From Gammaproteobacteria bacterium (GTDB taxonomy: Bacteria; Pseudomonadota; Gammaproteobacteria; Pseudomonadales; Azotimanducaceae): a stretch of 37,351 nt of DNA. The notes beneath the pieces were generated by a model. The model saw only the letters and a program-made list of their open reading frames with translations. It was not told the DNA's origin and ran no database searches. A program made the translations under genes and the position numbers. The stretch is from positions 1 through 37,351 of the forward strand of contig PBAA01000048.1 in assembly GCA_002715785.1 (NCBI GenBank), written 5' to 3'. Position 1 is the first letter of the stretch. Every line of letters starts with the position of its first letter. Shown here one piece after another: positions 16,975-26,190 of this stretch.

Positions 16975-19467
16975 CTATTTACCGCCGAATTTGTAGCGGA
17001 AGTTGAAGCCGAAGCTGCGTGGTTGATTCACGGTCAGTCTTTGTTGCGCAAATCGGTTATTGAAAAATAACTCGCCGTTTTCATCCGTGGCGTTGTCCAC
17101 GTACAACGATGCGCTCCAGACGTCGGTTTCTACTCCCGCTTGAATGTCAAATGTTCGCCAGGATCCTTGCTGAACAACCGGTGGCGAAAACGAGATGGAT
17201 TCGATACCGGCTAGCGAATTGACCGACTCGCCCGTGTAGGTATAGCGAAGCATAATATACGGCTCGCCGCCGAATAGAGTCCGAGGTAGCTGGTACATTA
17301 CTTTCAAATGACGCTTTACGTCGGGGACGATAGGTAGTTGGGTACCGACTGGCACTGGGATCGCACCAGGTGTATTTGCGAACAACGTTTGCGCTTGCGA
17401 CAGTTCGCCATCGTTGCGGCCCACTGTTGCTTCGACGCTCCAGTTCGCATTCGGTAACCAACTTACCCACATTTCGACGCCGTCGATGTCCGCCTCGGGA
17501 AAATTGACGATGCCGAGGGTGAAAATATTATCTTGAGGATCCTCGGCCTGAACCTGGATGTTTTCCCAGGTCATTTGATAGTACGAGATATTGAACCGTA
17601 GTCGATCATCCAGCCATTCTGTTTTCGCGCCGATTTCGTGGTTGATAACAGTATCAGACTCGTAGGAATTCAATGTCCCAGCGGGCTCGTCAAAGAGATC
17701 GGATGGTGGGCCGAAGACCGATTGCGGTCGGGCTGAGTTAGCACCCCCGCGGCGGAATCCTTCTGAGTAAGTGGCGTAGACCAACGCGTTCTCCCATCGG
17801 TAGGAAAAATTGACCATCGGGACGAATCCATCTTCATCGGAGACGCCGAGGTCCCCCGGCGCATAACAGTAGTCGATGGCACAGTTGGGCATACCGCCAT
17901 TCATACCGATAAGCGTAGCGTTCATAACGATGTAATCGTTTTCGATACTGTAGAACCGCCCGCCTGCCTTGATGGTGAAATTCTCGGTAACGTCGACGCT
18001 GACTTCGCCAAAGAAAGCTGATTGTTTCAGGTCACTATCGTAAACACCCGTCCACCAGTTGTTGGATGCCGACTTCATCGGAATGCCGACGTAGTAGCCG
18101 GCATAGTTGATGTAATTGAATGCCCCTGTGCCGGTCAGACCTTCCACGTTTGATATAAACACTTCATCGACTTGGCGTTTGCTATAAAAAGCACCAACGA
18201 TGGCGGACCAGCGCCCGTCCGTTGGCGTGGCGTAACGTGCCTCAATCACCCAGTTATTGGTCTGCCTTCCGTCGAAGTCATTTGCAATGGGATCGCCGCC
18301 AAAATCGTAGATTCCGCCGGTGTCGTAATAGGGATTTCCCGTATTGAAAGAGCGGAAGTAGTCGCCGACTTGTTGGAAGTTCTGAAGGTATGAGGTGCTG
18401 TCCGCGAGATATGTGCTTTCCCGATCGTAATAGGCAGTAGTCAGCACAACGTCGCCGAAACTGAGGTTGCCTTCTAGGGTTAATGCGATCTGGTACCACT
18501 CGTCTTCCCAGTAATCCTGGGTATAGCGAGCTTGGTCATGAGGCCCGAAAGACGGGAAAACGGACGTATCGGCAAAGTGCTGTTTATTCAAGCTAACGTC
18601 GCCGAAGCCGTCCATCTCGTAGTACTGGTAGATCCCGGTAAGGTCTACGGTCCAGTTCTCACCCGTCTCGAGTCGAAGGCCCGCTCGTCCGCCGTACCAG
18701 ACCGATGAGTTGACGTCGCTATCGACTCGATTGCTATTGGTCGACGTTTGCCCGGGCGTGGGCGTCAGCACGTTGTCGACCCATCCCGGCTCGTTCGCGT
18801 AAAAGCCAACGAGGCGCACGGCGGCTTTGAGGTCCGGGTAGAGGCTACTGCCATCTTCTAGAAGCGGCACATTGATCATTCCGCTCAGATCGGTTCCCGC
18901 GCCTCCCTCCGAGACGGACCAGCTTGATACGTCCAGCCACCCGTCACTTGCAGTGGTGTCAGGTTTGTTGGTGATGATCCGTAACGTGCCGCACTGCGCC
19001 GCGTCACCGAAAAGTGACCCCTGAGGGCCGCCTAATGCCTCAACGCGGGCGACGTCGACAAGACGGGGATCCGGGTTATAGCCGGCCGACGTGATCGGTT
19101 GTTCATCGAGATAAACCGACGTGGTCGCTGAGTCGCTGAAAGACAAGCCTTGGGCAGCACATCCTCGCATGATGATTGAATTTGCACCCGGTTCACGCTG
19201 ACTGAGCGCAAGCCCTGGGATTTGTCCAACGTAATCTTCGAAGTTATCTAGTCGTTGGAGCGTGATTTCTTCGTCGGTAATGGCGGTGACAGAAAGGGGC
19301 GTGTCCTGAAGTTTTAGATCCCGCTTCGTTGCAGTGACAATGACTTCTTCGAGTCGAGCATCGTCCGCGTCCGATTCCGCTTGAGCACCACCCGTGCCGG
19401 CCACGGCTGCTGTTATCGCCAGCGAAAGATTGCGCCCGGTTGAAGAATTCTTGCGATCGTTTGTCAT
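16975..19467 (-). CDS. TonB-dependent outer-membrane receptor
   Basis: ATG 19467 has an AGAGGA SD upstream. It has a signal peptide (..AVAGTGGAQA/ES), the plug start LEEVIVTATKRDLKLQDTPLSVTAI, and long beta-barrel repeats rich in Y/G/N. The C-terminal strand FGFNFRYKF is followed by an unusual GGK extension. Confidence 0.9.
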   Translation of the reverse strand: MTNDRKNSSTGRNLSLAITAAVAGTGGAQAESDADDARLEEVIVTATKRDLKLQDTPLSVTAITDEEITLQRLDNFEDYVGQIPGLALSQREPGANSIIMRGCAAQGLSFSDSATTSVYLDEQPITSAGYNPDPRLVDVARVEALGGPQGSLFGDAAQCGTLRIITNKPDTTASDGWLDVSSWSVSEGGAGTDLSGMINVPLLEDGSSLYPDLKAAVRLVGFYANEPGWVDNVLTPTPGQTSTNSNRVDSDVNSSVWYGGRAGLRLETGENWTVDLTGIYQYYEMDGFGDVSLNKQHFADTSVFPSFGPHDQARYTQDYWEDEWYQIALTLEGNLSFGDVVLTTAYYDRESTYLADSTSYLQNFQQVGDYFRSFNTGNPYYDTGGIYDFGGDPIANDFDGRQTNNWVIEARYATPTDGRWSAIVGAFYSKRQVDEVFISNVEGLTGTGAFNYINYAGYYVGIPMKSASNNWWTGVYDSDLKQSAFFGEVSVDVTENFTIKAGGRFYSIENDYIVMNATLIGMNGGMPNCAIDYCYAPGDLGVSDEDGFVPMVNFSYRWENALVYATYSEGFRRGGANSARPQSVFGPPSDLFDEPAGTLNSYESDTVINHEIGAKTEWLDDRLRFNISYYQMTWENIQVQAEDPQDNIFTLGIVNFPEADIDGVEMWVSWLPNANWSVEATVGRNDGELSQAQTLFANTPGAIPVPVGTQLPIVPDVKRHLKVMYQLPRTLFGGEPYIMLRYTYTGESVNSLAGIESISFSPPVVQQGSWRTFDIQAGVETDVWSASLYVDNATDENGELFFNNRFAQQRLTVNQPRSFGFNFRYKFGGK

Positions 19468-19574
19468 CAGATTCCTCTTGTAAGTCCGACGGCTGTCTGG
19501 TCGGTTTGTGGAAAAGAATTTTACCGAAAACCTCGACAAATATCTTTGTTTCTCGGTCGGGAGGTCACTGAATT

Positions 19575-19697
19575 ATGGTTGACCTATTTTGGCAATCCCT
19601 GACGCTTGATTTCTGGTGCCGAACCATCGTTCTCGTTGCTGATGGACGTGGAGGTATGCTTGTTACTTCGGTACTTATCTCAAAAAGCATGCGATGA
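19575..19697 (+). CDS. Candidate 40-codon small ORF (MVDLFWQSLTLDFWCRTIVLVADGRGGMLVTSVLISKSMR), function unknown
   Basis: Not in the ORF track because it is too short. GGGAGG at 19559-19564 lies 10 nt upstream of ATG 19575. Its TGA (19695-19697) overlaps ATG 19694 of the next gene (ATGA). A 40-codon open frame alone is not statistically unusual. Confidence 0.25.
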   Translation: MVDLFWQSLTLDFWCRTIVLVADGRGGMLVTSVLISKSMR

Positions 19698-20629
19698 CCA
19701 CTCTCGTTGCAACGTCCGTTGTTCGCGGCAGCCGCCAAGGCGAGAGCCATGGCGGGGTTTACCTGATTGATTTAACGAACGAGCGCGTATTGAGGACTGT
19801 CGATTGGGATGCGGTGGATATCGATTGGCAGGGTCGAGGGTGGGATCGGGGCTTACGTGGTATCGAGTTTGACGGAGATAGGATCTTTATTGCGGCGAGT
19901 GACGAACTTTTTGTTTACGACCAAACGTTTCGGCAGATAACGTCGTATCGCTGTCCGTACCTAAAACACTGTCATGAAATCAGTCGATATGAGCGCCGAC
20001 TTTACCTGACCTCTACGGGATTCGATGCCATCCTTGGATTTGACTTGGATAGGAATTTGTTTTCTTGGGGACTCAGTGTCTCCAGGGATAAAAAAGGCCT
20101 TCGAGCGGTTCCGTTTGACCCAGAAAGTCGACACGGACCACCCTTGCGTAACGAACTTCATATCAACAGTATCTTTTGCGAGAGTCGCGCGATGTACATA
20201 AGTGGTCTACGTACTTCGGGTATACATGCGTACACCGGGAGACACCTTAATCAAGTGGCGACGCTGCCTGACGGGACCCATAACGCCCGACCATATCGGA
20301 ACGGAGTGTTATTCAACGATACGCAAAAGAATGTGGTTCGTTTTGTTCCGCAGCAAGGCAAGCAAGGTGTATTTAACATTCCGGTATATAACCCGGGGCT
20401 GCTCACGCATACCGAGTTCGATGACTCTCGTGTTGCGCGCCAAGCCTTTGGTCGGGGCCTCTGCGTGATCCGCGATGGTGTGATTGCTGGTGGATCATCG
20501 CCTTCGACGGTCACCCTGTACGACATTGATCAGATGAAAACAACGCAGTCCTTGAATCTATCGCTTGATATCAGGAATGCGATTCACGGTTTGGAAACTT
20601 GGCCATTTCCAGGTTTACCCGACGACTAA
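19694..20629 (+). CDS. Hypothetical protein with beta-propeller-like internal periodicity (possibly DUF4915/TIGR03032-like)
   Basis: There are five to six blade-like segments of about 45-50 aa (LRGIEFDGDRIFIAASDELFVYD, HEISRYERRLYLTSTGFDAILGFD, LHINSIFCESRAMYISG, HNARPYRNGVLFNDTQKNVVRFV, GRGLCVIRDGVIAGGSSPSTVTLYD). The family assignment is from memory and tentative. Confidence 0.6.
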   Translation: MTTLVATSVVRGSRQGESHGGVYLIDLTNERVLRTVDWDAVDIDWQGRGWDRGLRGIEFDGDRIFIAASDELFVYDQTFRQITSYRCPYLKHCHEISRYERRLYLTSTGFDAILGFDLDRNLFSWGLSVSRDKKGLRAVPFDPESRHGPPLRNELHINSIFCESRAMYISGLRTSGIHAYTGRHLNQVATLPDGTHNARPYRNGVLFNDTQKNVVRFVPQQGKQGVFNIPVYNPGLLTHTEFDDSRVARQAFGRGLCVIRDGVIAGGSSPSTVTLYDIDQMKTTQSLNLSLDIRNAIHGLETWPFPGLPDD

Positions 20630-22699
20630 CTACACGACGCTCGATGTCGAGTCATCTTGATTAATGGATTCGTATTGTTTGTAGCTGGATAGGACCGGTT
20701 CTAGTACGTCAATTAATTCGGCTAGATGTGATTCGTAGTTACGCCAGAAGTGCACGGATTTCGAGTAGATGGGCTGTCTCACTTGTTCGGAACTGGCGGT
20801 TCGTATGGGTCGCTCGGTTTCGTGGAATCGGACACAGGCGTCCTCCCACGGCAATTCGCAGTACGAAAGAAGTCGACGTACCTGGCCCTCTAAATCTGTC
20901 ACGACATCTTCGTATTGAACCGTCAAGATGCGACCCGGAAGTACCCGATGCCAATGATCCATCATGCGTTGGTACTGCAGAAAGTACTCTCCGATTTCGA
21001 TCAGGTCGTAAACGAACGTTTGTCCTTTAGCAAAAAGTTGTCGATAACAACTGAGTGTTGAATCTAGCGGATACCTTCGCGCGTCGATGATTTTGGCGTT
21101 TGGTAGAACCAGGTGGATCAGTCCAATAGAGGGAAAGTTGTTCGGGTTCTTGTCGATAAAGCGCGGTTTATCCGTCTGTCGATGTGTGCCCGCGTGGCTG
21201 AGATAGTCTTGACCTAGCGCTCGAAGGTTGTGGTCTCGTAGTTCTCGCGCGGCAAAAGGATAATTTACGCCGTCGGCGCGATTTCGATTGAGTGACGTGG
21301 CGACTCGTCCGATGTAGGGCAGTTCTGACGTTCCCTCAACCATGCTGTGACTGGCTAGTATTTGCTCGATTAGCGTCGACCCGGAACGCGGCAATCCAAC
21401 GATGAATATTGGCGCAACAGATGGATCGCCTAGGCCAGTGTTTTTCTGCAACAAAGATTGGTCGAACACCTGGATGATTTCGTCGTTGCTGACCTCAGTT
21501 TGGACCGGGTCATAGTGTTCTAGCGATCGTTGCTTGCTGTTTCCTTTCTGGTAGTAGTCCCAAGCCTGATCATAGCGCCCACCGTCTTCATGGACTTTGG
21601 CGAGCGCAAAGAGAAAATTAACCGCGGATTGATCTGTCAAACTTTCGTTATCTTCGAGTGAGGATTCCATTGACCGGATATCTTCGTTCGATAGCTTGTA
21701 CGTTTTGAGGTTGGCTAGACTCCAGTAGCTCTCTCCGTTGTTAGGTCGAGCCTTAATACTCTCCCGGTAAGCTTCGATGGCTTCGGCCTGACGTCCGACG
21801 GTTTTCAGTGTGTGTGCGAAACCGAGCCATGCGCCGGCATGCTGCGGATTTAACTCGAGTACACGGCGATACGAATCCAGTGCCTGGTAGGTTTGACCGG
21901 CGGGGGCTCGGGTTGATGCCAACATAAAGTGTGATCGAGTGCTGTTTGGCTCTAGCTCCACAGCGCGGTCAAAACATTCGATCGCCTCGGCGTATCGATG
22001 TTGTTCATGAAGAATTCCACCCAGGTCCAGTAAAGCAAGATAGAAGTCAGGCGCCGACGCAATTGCTTTTCTTAGTAACGGCTCCGCTTCGTCGATATCG
22101 TGTCTGTTAGCGACGATACCGGCCAACAGTCTCAGCGCATCGATGTTACTCGGATCGATCCGTAACAAGTCACGGTAAGCCCGTTCGGCTTCTTCGGTAC
22201 GACCCGCTTTGTGGTGTTCTGCAGCAAGAGCAAGTTGTTTACGGTGTGGGTTGAGTTCAAACGACGCTTCAAATGCAGCGTCGGATTCTGTCCCCTTGCC
22301 AATTGCTGCCAGCGCGCGACCGAGCGTGTAGAACGCCGGTTCAGACTGAGGATCCAGTCGCGTGGCGTTCTCCAGCACCTCGACGGCTTCGATCGGTCGG
22401 CCGGTTTCAAAAAGTAAAAAGCCAAGATCTTCGTGGGGTTTGGCGAAATTTGGAGCGAGGTCAATGGCTCTGCGTAGGTATTTTTCCGCTAATTCTGTCT
22501 CGCGTGATTTGAGCAACATGGCGCCGAGTAGGGCGGTCATATTTACGTCGTCTGGCTCTGTCTTGAGAGTGTCCCGACAAATGCGCATGGCAGCACCGAT
22601 CTGTCCCGAATTGATCAGATCGATTGCCTGGTTAAGAGTCGCTTTTGGCGATAGTGGTCGTTCGTCGATTGCCATTTGCTCTGGGTCGATCAGGGGCAC
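20630..22699 (-). CDS. TPR-repeat protein with C-terminal PAPS-dependent sulfotransferase domain
   Basis: The N-terminal ~400 aa are tandem 34-aa TPR-like repeats (A..Y..AL.L.P). The C-terminal domain has the 5'-PSB loop IFIVGLPRSGSTL and a 3'-PB-like RRYPLDSTLS. Its stop codon abuts the stop of the convergent gene with 0 nt between them. Confidence 0.85.
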   Translation of the reverse strand: MPLIDPEQMAIDERPLSPKATLNQAIDLINSGQIGAAMRICRDTLKTEPDDVNMTALLGAMLLKSRETELAEKYLRRAIDLAPNFAKPHEDLGFLLFETGRPIEAVEVLENATRLDPQSEPAFYTLGRALAAIGKGTESDAAFEASFELNPHRKQLALAAEHHKAGRTEEAERAYRDLLRIDPSNIDALRLLAGIVANRHDIDEAEPLLRKAIASAPDFYLALLDLGGILHEQHRYAEAIECFDRAVELEPNSTRSHFMLASTRAPAGQTYQALDSYRRVLELNPQHAGAWLGFAHTLKTVGRQAEAIEAYRESIKARPNNGESYWSLANLKTYKLSNEDIRSMESSLEDNESLTDQSAVNFLFALAKVHEDGGRYDQAWDYYQKGNSKQRSLEHYDPVQTEVSNDEIIQVFDQSLLQKNTGLGDPSVAPIFIVGLPRSGSTLIEQILASHSMVEGTSELPYIGRVATSLNRNRADGVNYPFAARELRDHNLRALGQDYLSHAGTHRQTDKPRFIDKNPNNFPSIGLIHLVLPNAKIIDARRYPLDSTLSCYRQLFAKGQTFVYDLIEIGEYFLQYQRMMDHWHRVLPGRILTVQYEDVVTDLEGQVRRLLSYCELPWEDACVRFHETERPIRTASSEQVRQPIYSKSVHFWRNYESHLAELIDVLEPVLSSYKQYESINQDDSTSSVV

Positions 22700-22745
22700 C
22701 CTTCAGAAAGTTCCGAATTAGCTACCGCTATCATATTTGTCAGTT

Positions 22746-23393
22746 ATGCAGAAATCGCCGTCTTTGGACGCTTTTTTTGCGTGGCGCGGTTTGATATACG
22801 ATACAAAAATGGACATCGAAGCGTCGCTAAAAGACTTAGGCCCGGTAGAGATAGGACGGTTGAGCGAAGCCGTTGTCGGATTGAGTCCGGCAAATTGGTC
22901 GGCACAACGAATTAGGCAGAACGAATACGAGGTACATAGTCAAACCGAGTCCGTCGTTTTGGTGTTTACTGATGGCGCGGGCTGGCCGGAACTGGAAGTC
23001 AGGAAAGAACAAGGTTGGAGCCTGTTGGCGGACACAGCGGTACCAGTGATGCACGACATATTGGCGGCACACTATCCTGCTGGTGGCACCATCATTCGGT
23101 CCATGATGGCAAAGCTACCCGCGGGAAACATCATTAAGCCCCACGTTGATCGGCACCCGTCGTTCCACGCTGGACATCGTATTCATGTTCCCATCACGAC
23201 CAACTCGAGAGTCAGGTTTATGATCGATGGACGGCCCCATCAGTTGTCGGTGGGTCGGGCATACGAGGTGAACAACCAAAAAAACCACAGCGTAATGAAC
23301 AAAGGGACGGAAGATCGGATCACCTTCATATTCGACTATCTTCCGCCCGAGGTCATGGTCCAGCGTCCATCAGATCCAAGAGATCAGGGCTAA
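22746..23393 (+). CDS. Aspartyl/asparaginyl beta-hydroxylase-family Fe(II)/2-oxoglutarate oxygenase (cupin)
   Basis: IKPHVDRHPSFHAGHRIHVPITTN.RV.F...G....L..G.AYEVNN.KNHSV.N.G...RI.FIFDY fits the Asp/Asn beta-hydroxylase (LpxO-like) domain, with an H-x-D plus distal His triad. I prefer ATG 22746 over TTG 22737. Confidence 0.75.
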   Translation: MQKSPSLDAFFAWRGLIYDTKMDIEASLKDLGPVEIGRLSEAVVGLSPANWSAQRIRQNEYEVHSQTESVVLVFTDGAGWPELEVRKEQGWSLLADTAVPVMHDILAAHYPAGGTIIRSMMAKLPAGNIIKPHVDRHPSFHAGHRIHVPITTNSRVRFMIDGRPHQLSVGRAYEVNNQKNHSVMNKGTEDRITFIFDYLPPEVMVQRPSDPRDQG

Positions 23394-23411
23394 CTACTAT
23401 TTGGAAAGTGA

Positions 23412-24455
23412 TTAATAGTAAGCAGTGGCCCCGCTAATCCGCGGAAGCGCTTTTGGCTGTTGTTGGGTAATACAGTGGATACAGCCCCCACCCTTGGTAA
23501 TTTCAATGGCGGGGAGCTGCACAATCGCTCGATCTGGGAATGCGGCGGCGACTGCCTCAACTGCTGCCTGATCCATGGGGTCATTGAATTCTGGCAAAAT
23601 GACGCCTCCGTTGGCGATATAGAAATTGATGTAAGAGAGCGGTAAACGCTCGCCACGGTATTCCTGTCGAGCGGGTTGTCGAATCTCAATAATATTGAGG
23701 CTATCTCCGGCCGTGGTGGTGGTGTTGCTGAGCGTGCGGATATTTCGACGCAGACGCGCGTAGTTTGGATCTTCCGGGTCCGATTCAGAAAGGGCCAGAA
23801 CTACACCTTGGGCGGAGAAACATGCCAGATTATCGACGTGACCGTCGGTGTCGTCGTATTCCAGTGCGTGGTCTAGCCACACTACCTTCTCGGCACCGAG
23901 ATAATCCCGGAACAATCCTTCCGCATCCAACCGCGTTAGGCCGGGATTTCGATTGGGATTGAGTACGACGTTTTCAGTAGTCAACAACAATCCATCGCCG
24001 TCACTGTGGATGGCACCTCCTTCGAGAAAGATTGAAGCAGGTAGGTTGTTCGCGCCGGCCGATTCGTTGATAACGCTCGCAATCGTTGCGTCCAGTTGGT
24101 GAGCGGAGTGTGGATCTCCCCAGCAGTTAAATTGCCAGTCGACGCCGCTTAATTGTTTGGTTTTGTCGAGTACGAAGGTGGGGCCGATGTCGCGCAGCCA
24201 GGCGTCATCCAACGCCTGTTCGATCACTTCCACCTGACGACTGCAATACCGTCTCGCATCATCGACCGTCTCAGTCGTTGCCAGCAGCATGACCGGTTCG
24301 AACTCAGCGATCGTGCTGGCAACGTTGGCGTATTGGCGACGCATGGGCTCAAGGTTGGGATAGATGTCGCGACGCTGTTCAGGCGGCCATGCCATCCAGC
24401 AGCATTTGTGCTCGCTCCATTCGCTCGGCATGAAGAAAGCGTTTGAGTCGCTCAT
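23412..24455 (-). CDS. aguA: Agmatine deiminase
   Basis: FFMPSEWSEH..CWMAWP, DDAWLRDIGPTFV, FLEGGAIHSDGDG.LLTTE, NPNRNPGLTR, DDTDGHVDN, DPEDPNYARL and the C-terminal GGGCIHCITQQQP (catalytic Cys) are colinear with P. aeruginosa AguA as recalled. ATG 24455 overlaps the potI stop (ATGA). Confidence 0.85.
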   Translation of the reverse strand: MSDSNAFFMPSEWSEHKCCWMAWPPEQRRDIYPNLEPMRRQYANVASTIAEFEPVMLLATTETVDDARRYCSRQVEVIEQALDDAWLRDIGPTFVLDKTKQLSGVDWQFNCWGDPHSAHQLDATIASVINESAGANNLPASIFLEGGAIHSDGDGLLLTTENVVLNPNRNPGLTRLDAEGLFRDYLGAEKVVWLDHALEYDDTDGHVDNLACFSAQGVVLALSESDPEDPNYARLRRNIRTLSNTTTTAGDSLNIIEIRQPARQEYRGERLPLSYINFYIANGGVILPEFNDPMDQAAVEAVAAAFPDRAIVQLPAIEITKGGGCIHCITQQQPKALPRISGATAYY

Positions 24456-25279
24456 GGTATGGCCTGAGGGTGCGGTCTCCTGGACTTTTCCATTCGATGC
24501 ATCACGAATCCGGCGATGACGACGCCGATTCCAACGAGGGTGATGACCAAGGTGGCCAGCGCGTTAACGTCGGGCGCAACCCCCAACTTAACCTTCGAAA
24601 AAATGACCATGGGTAACGTACTTGAGCCAGGACCAGAAACGAAACTTGCGATCACCAGATCATCCAACGACAGGGTGAATGCGAGCAGCCAACCCGAGAC
24701 CATCGCGGGTGCGATGAGAGGTAACGTAACGTCGATGGCTACTCGGAAGGGTCGTCCACCCAAATCCATCGCTGCTTCTTCTAACGACTTATCTACCGTG
24801 GACAGCCTTGATTGAACGATCACCGCAACGAATGCCATCGAGAAGGTGATGTGCGCGAAAATGATCGTTAATGTCCCTCGACTTTCCGGCCAACCGATTA
24901 ATTGTTCCGTACTAACAAACACCAACAACAACGAAAGTCCCGTGATGACTTCCGGCATGATCAAAGGGGCGGCGATCAGTCCGGTAAACAACAGTCGACC
25001 TTTGAACCGCCCCATGTGCGTCAGTGACAAACCTGCCAATGTCCCAAGGATTGTAGCGATCGTCGCGCTGATCAACGCGATCTGAAGACTCAAGAGTGCG
25101 GCGTCGATAACTTGTGCGTTATTGAGCAGAGCGGAGTACCAACGTAGGGAGAAACCATTCCACACCGATTGAATTCTGGAATCATTAAAGGAATACACCA
25201 TCAGGATCACGATCGGTAAATATAGAAACGCGTAGCCAAATGCCAGAGTCGTAAACAGGAAAGTTGATCGCTGTCTCAT
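24452..25279 (-). CDS. potI: Polyamine ABC transporter permease, PotI-like
   Basis: Multi-pass permease with the ABC EAA-type loop (LEEAAMDLGGRPFRV). I moved the start to ATG 25279 (MRQRSTFLF), which forms an ATGA overlap with the potH stop. The listed 25384 start would overlap potH by 109 nt. Confidence 0.85.
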   Translation of the reverse strand: MRQRSTFLFTTLAFGYAFLYLPIVILMVYSFNDSRIQSVWNGFSLRWYSALLNNAQVIDAALLSLQIALISATIATILGTLAGLSLTHMGRFKGRLLFTGLIAAPLIMPEVITGLSLLLVFVSTEQLIGWPESRGTLTIIFAHITFSMAFVAVIVQSRLSTVDKSLEEAAMDLGGRPFRVAIDVTLPLIAPAMVSGWLLAFTLSLDDLVIASFVSGPGSSTLPMVIFSKVKLGVAPDVNALATLVITLVGIGVVIAGFVMHRMEKSRRPHPQAIP

Positions 25280-26190
25280 TCGTTGCCGCTCGTTCCATCT
25301 GTTATCTGATAGCGCTGGAACAACATGATCGGAATAACGAGGATAAAGAGCAGAATCGTCGCGACTGCACTGGCTACTGGCCAATCACGATTTTCGAAGA
25401 ATTCGTTAAATAACTGCCTGCCTATCATCAGCGAATCGGCACCCCCGAGTAGGGCGGGGATAACGTATTCACCGATCGCGGGGATGAATACCAGAAGACA
25501 CCCGGCAATGATTCCAGCGCTCGACATCGGTAAGGTGATATCGATGAATACACGGAACGGCGTTGCACCAAGATCGGATGCCGCCTCGTGCATGGACAGG
25601 TCGAGCCTCTGGAGCGCCGCGTATAACGGCAAAACCATGAACGGTAGGTAGGCATAGACGATGCCGAGATACACCGCAAAATCGGTGTAGAGAAGTTTCA
25701 TGGGTTCATCGATAAGCCCGATCGAAAGCAGACCTTTGTTGATCAGTCCGTGGGTTGACAACATGCCCATCCACGCATAGACGCGAAGAAGGAATGATGT
25801 CCAGAAAGGCAGAATAACCAGCAAGAGGAGGATGTTTCTTGTCGTCGTTTTCGCGCGTGTGATGGCGTAAGCCATTGGATAGCCGATGACAAGACAGCAA
25901 AACGTTGAAACGGCCGCAACCCTGACGGATTTGAGGTAGCTCGACCAATAAAGGTCGTCTTCAAACAGGAACACGAAGTTATCGAAAGTAACGTACAAGG
26001 CATTTACGCCGTTTTTTGTCCAGTCAAACAACGGAGTAAACGGGGGCTGTGCGATAACCGGGTCAGAGAAACTGATTTTGAAAACGATTAGAAACGGCGT
26101 CAGAAAAAACAACAGGAGCCAAAGATAGGGCAGATAAACAACAAATAACCGCCAGGCCTTGTCGGCGATTTCAGCATAGCGGTTATTCAT
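25276..26190 (-). CDS. potH: Polyamine ABC transporter permease, PotH-like
   Basis: Six-TM permease with the loop HEAASDLGATPFRVF. ATG 26190 overlaps the potG stop (ATGA). Confidence 0.85.
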   Translation of the reverse strand: MNNRYAEIADKAWRLFVVYLPYLWLLLFFLTPFLIVFKISFSDPVIAQPPFTPLFDWTKNGVNALYVTFDNFVFLFEDDLYWSSYLKSVRVAAVSTFCCLVIGYPMAYAITRAKTTTRNILLLLVILPFWTSFLLRVYAWMGMLSTHGLINKGLLSIGLIDEPMKLLYTDFAVYLGIVYAYLPFMVLPLYAALQRLDLSMHEAASDLGATPFRVFIDITLPMSSAGIIAGCLLVFIPAIGEYVIPALLGGADSLMIGRQLFNEFFENRDWPVASAVATILLFILVIPIMLFQRYQITDGTSGNE

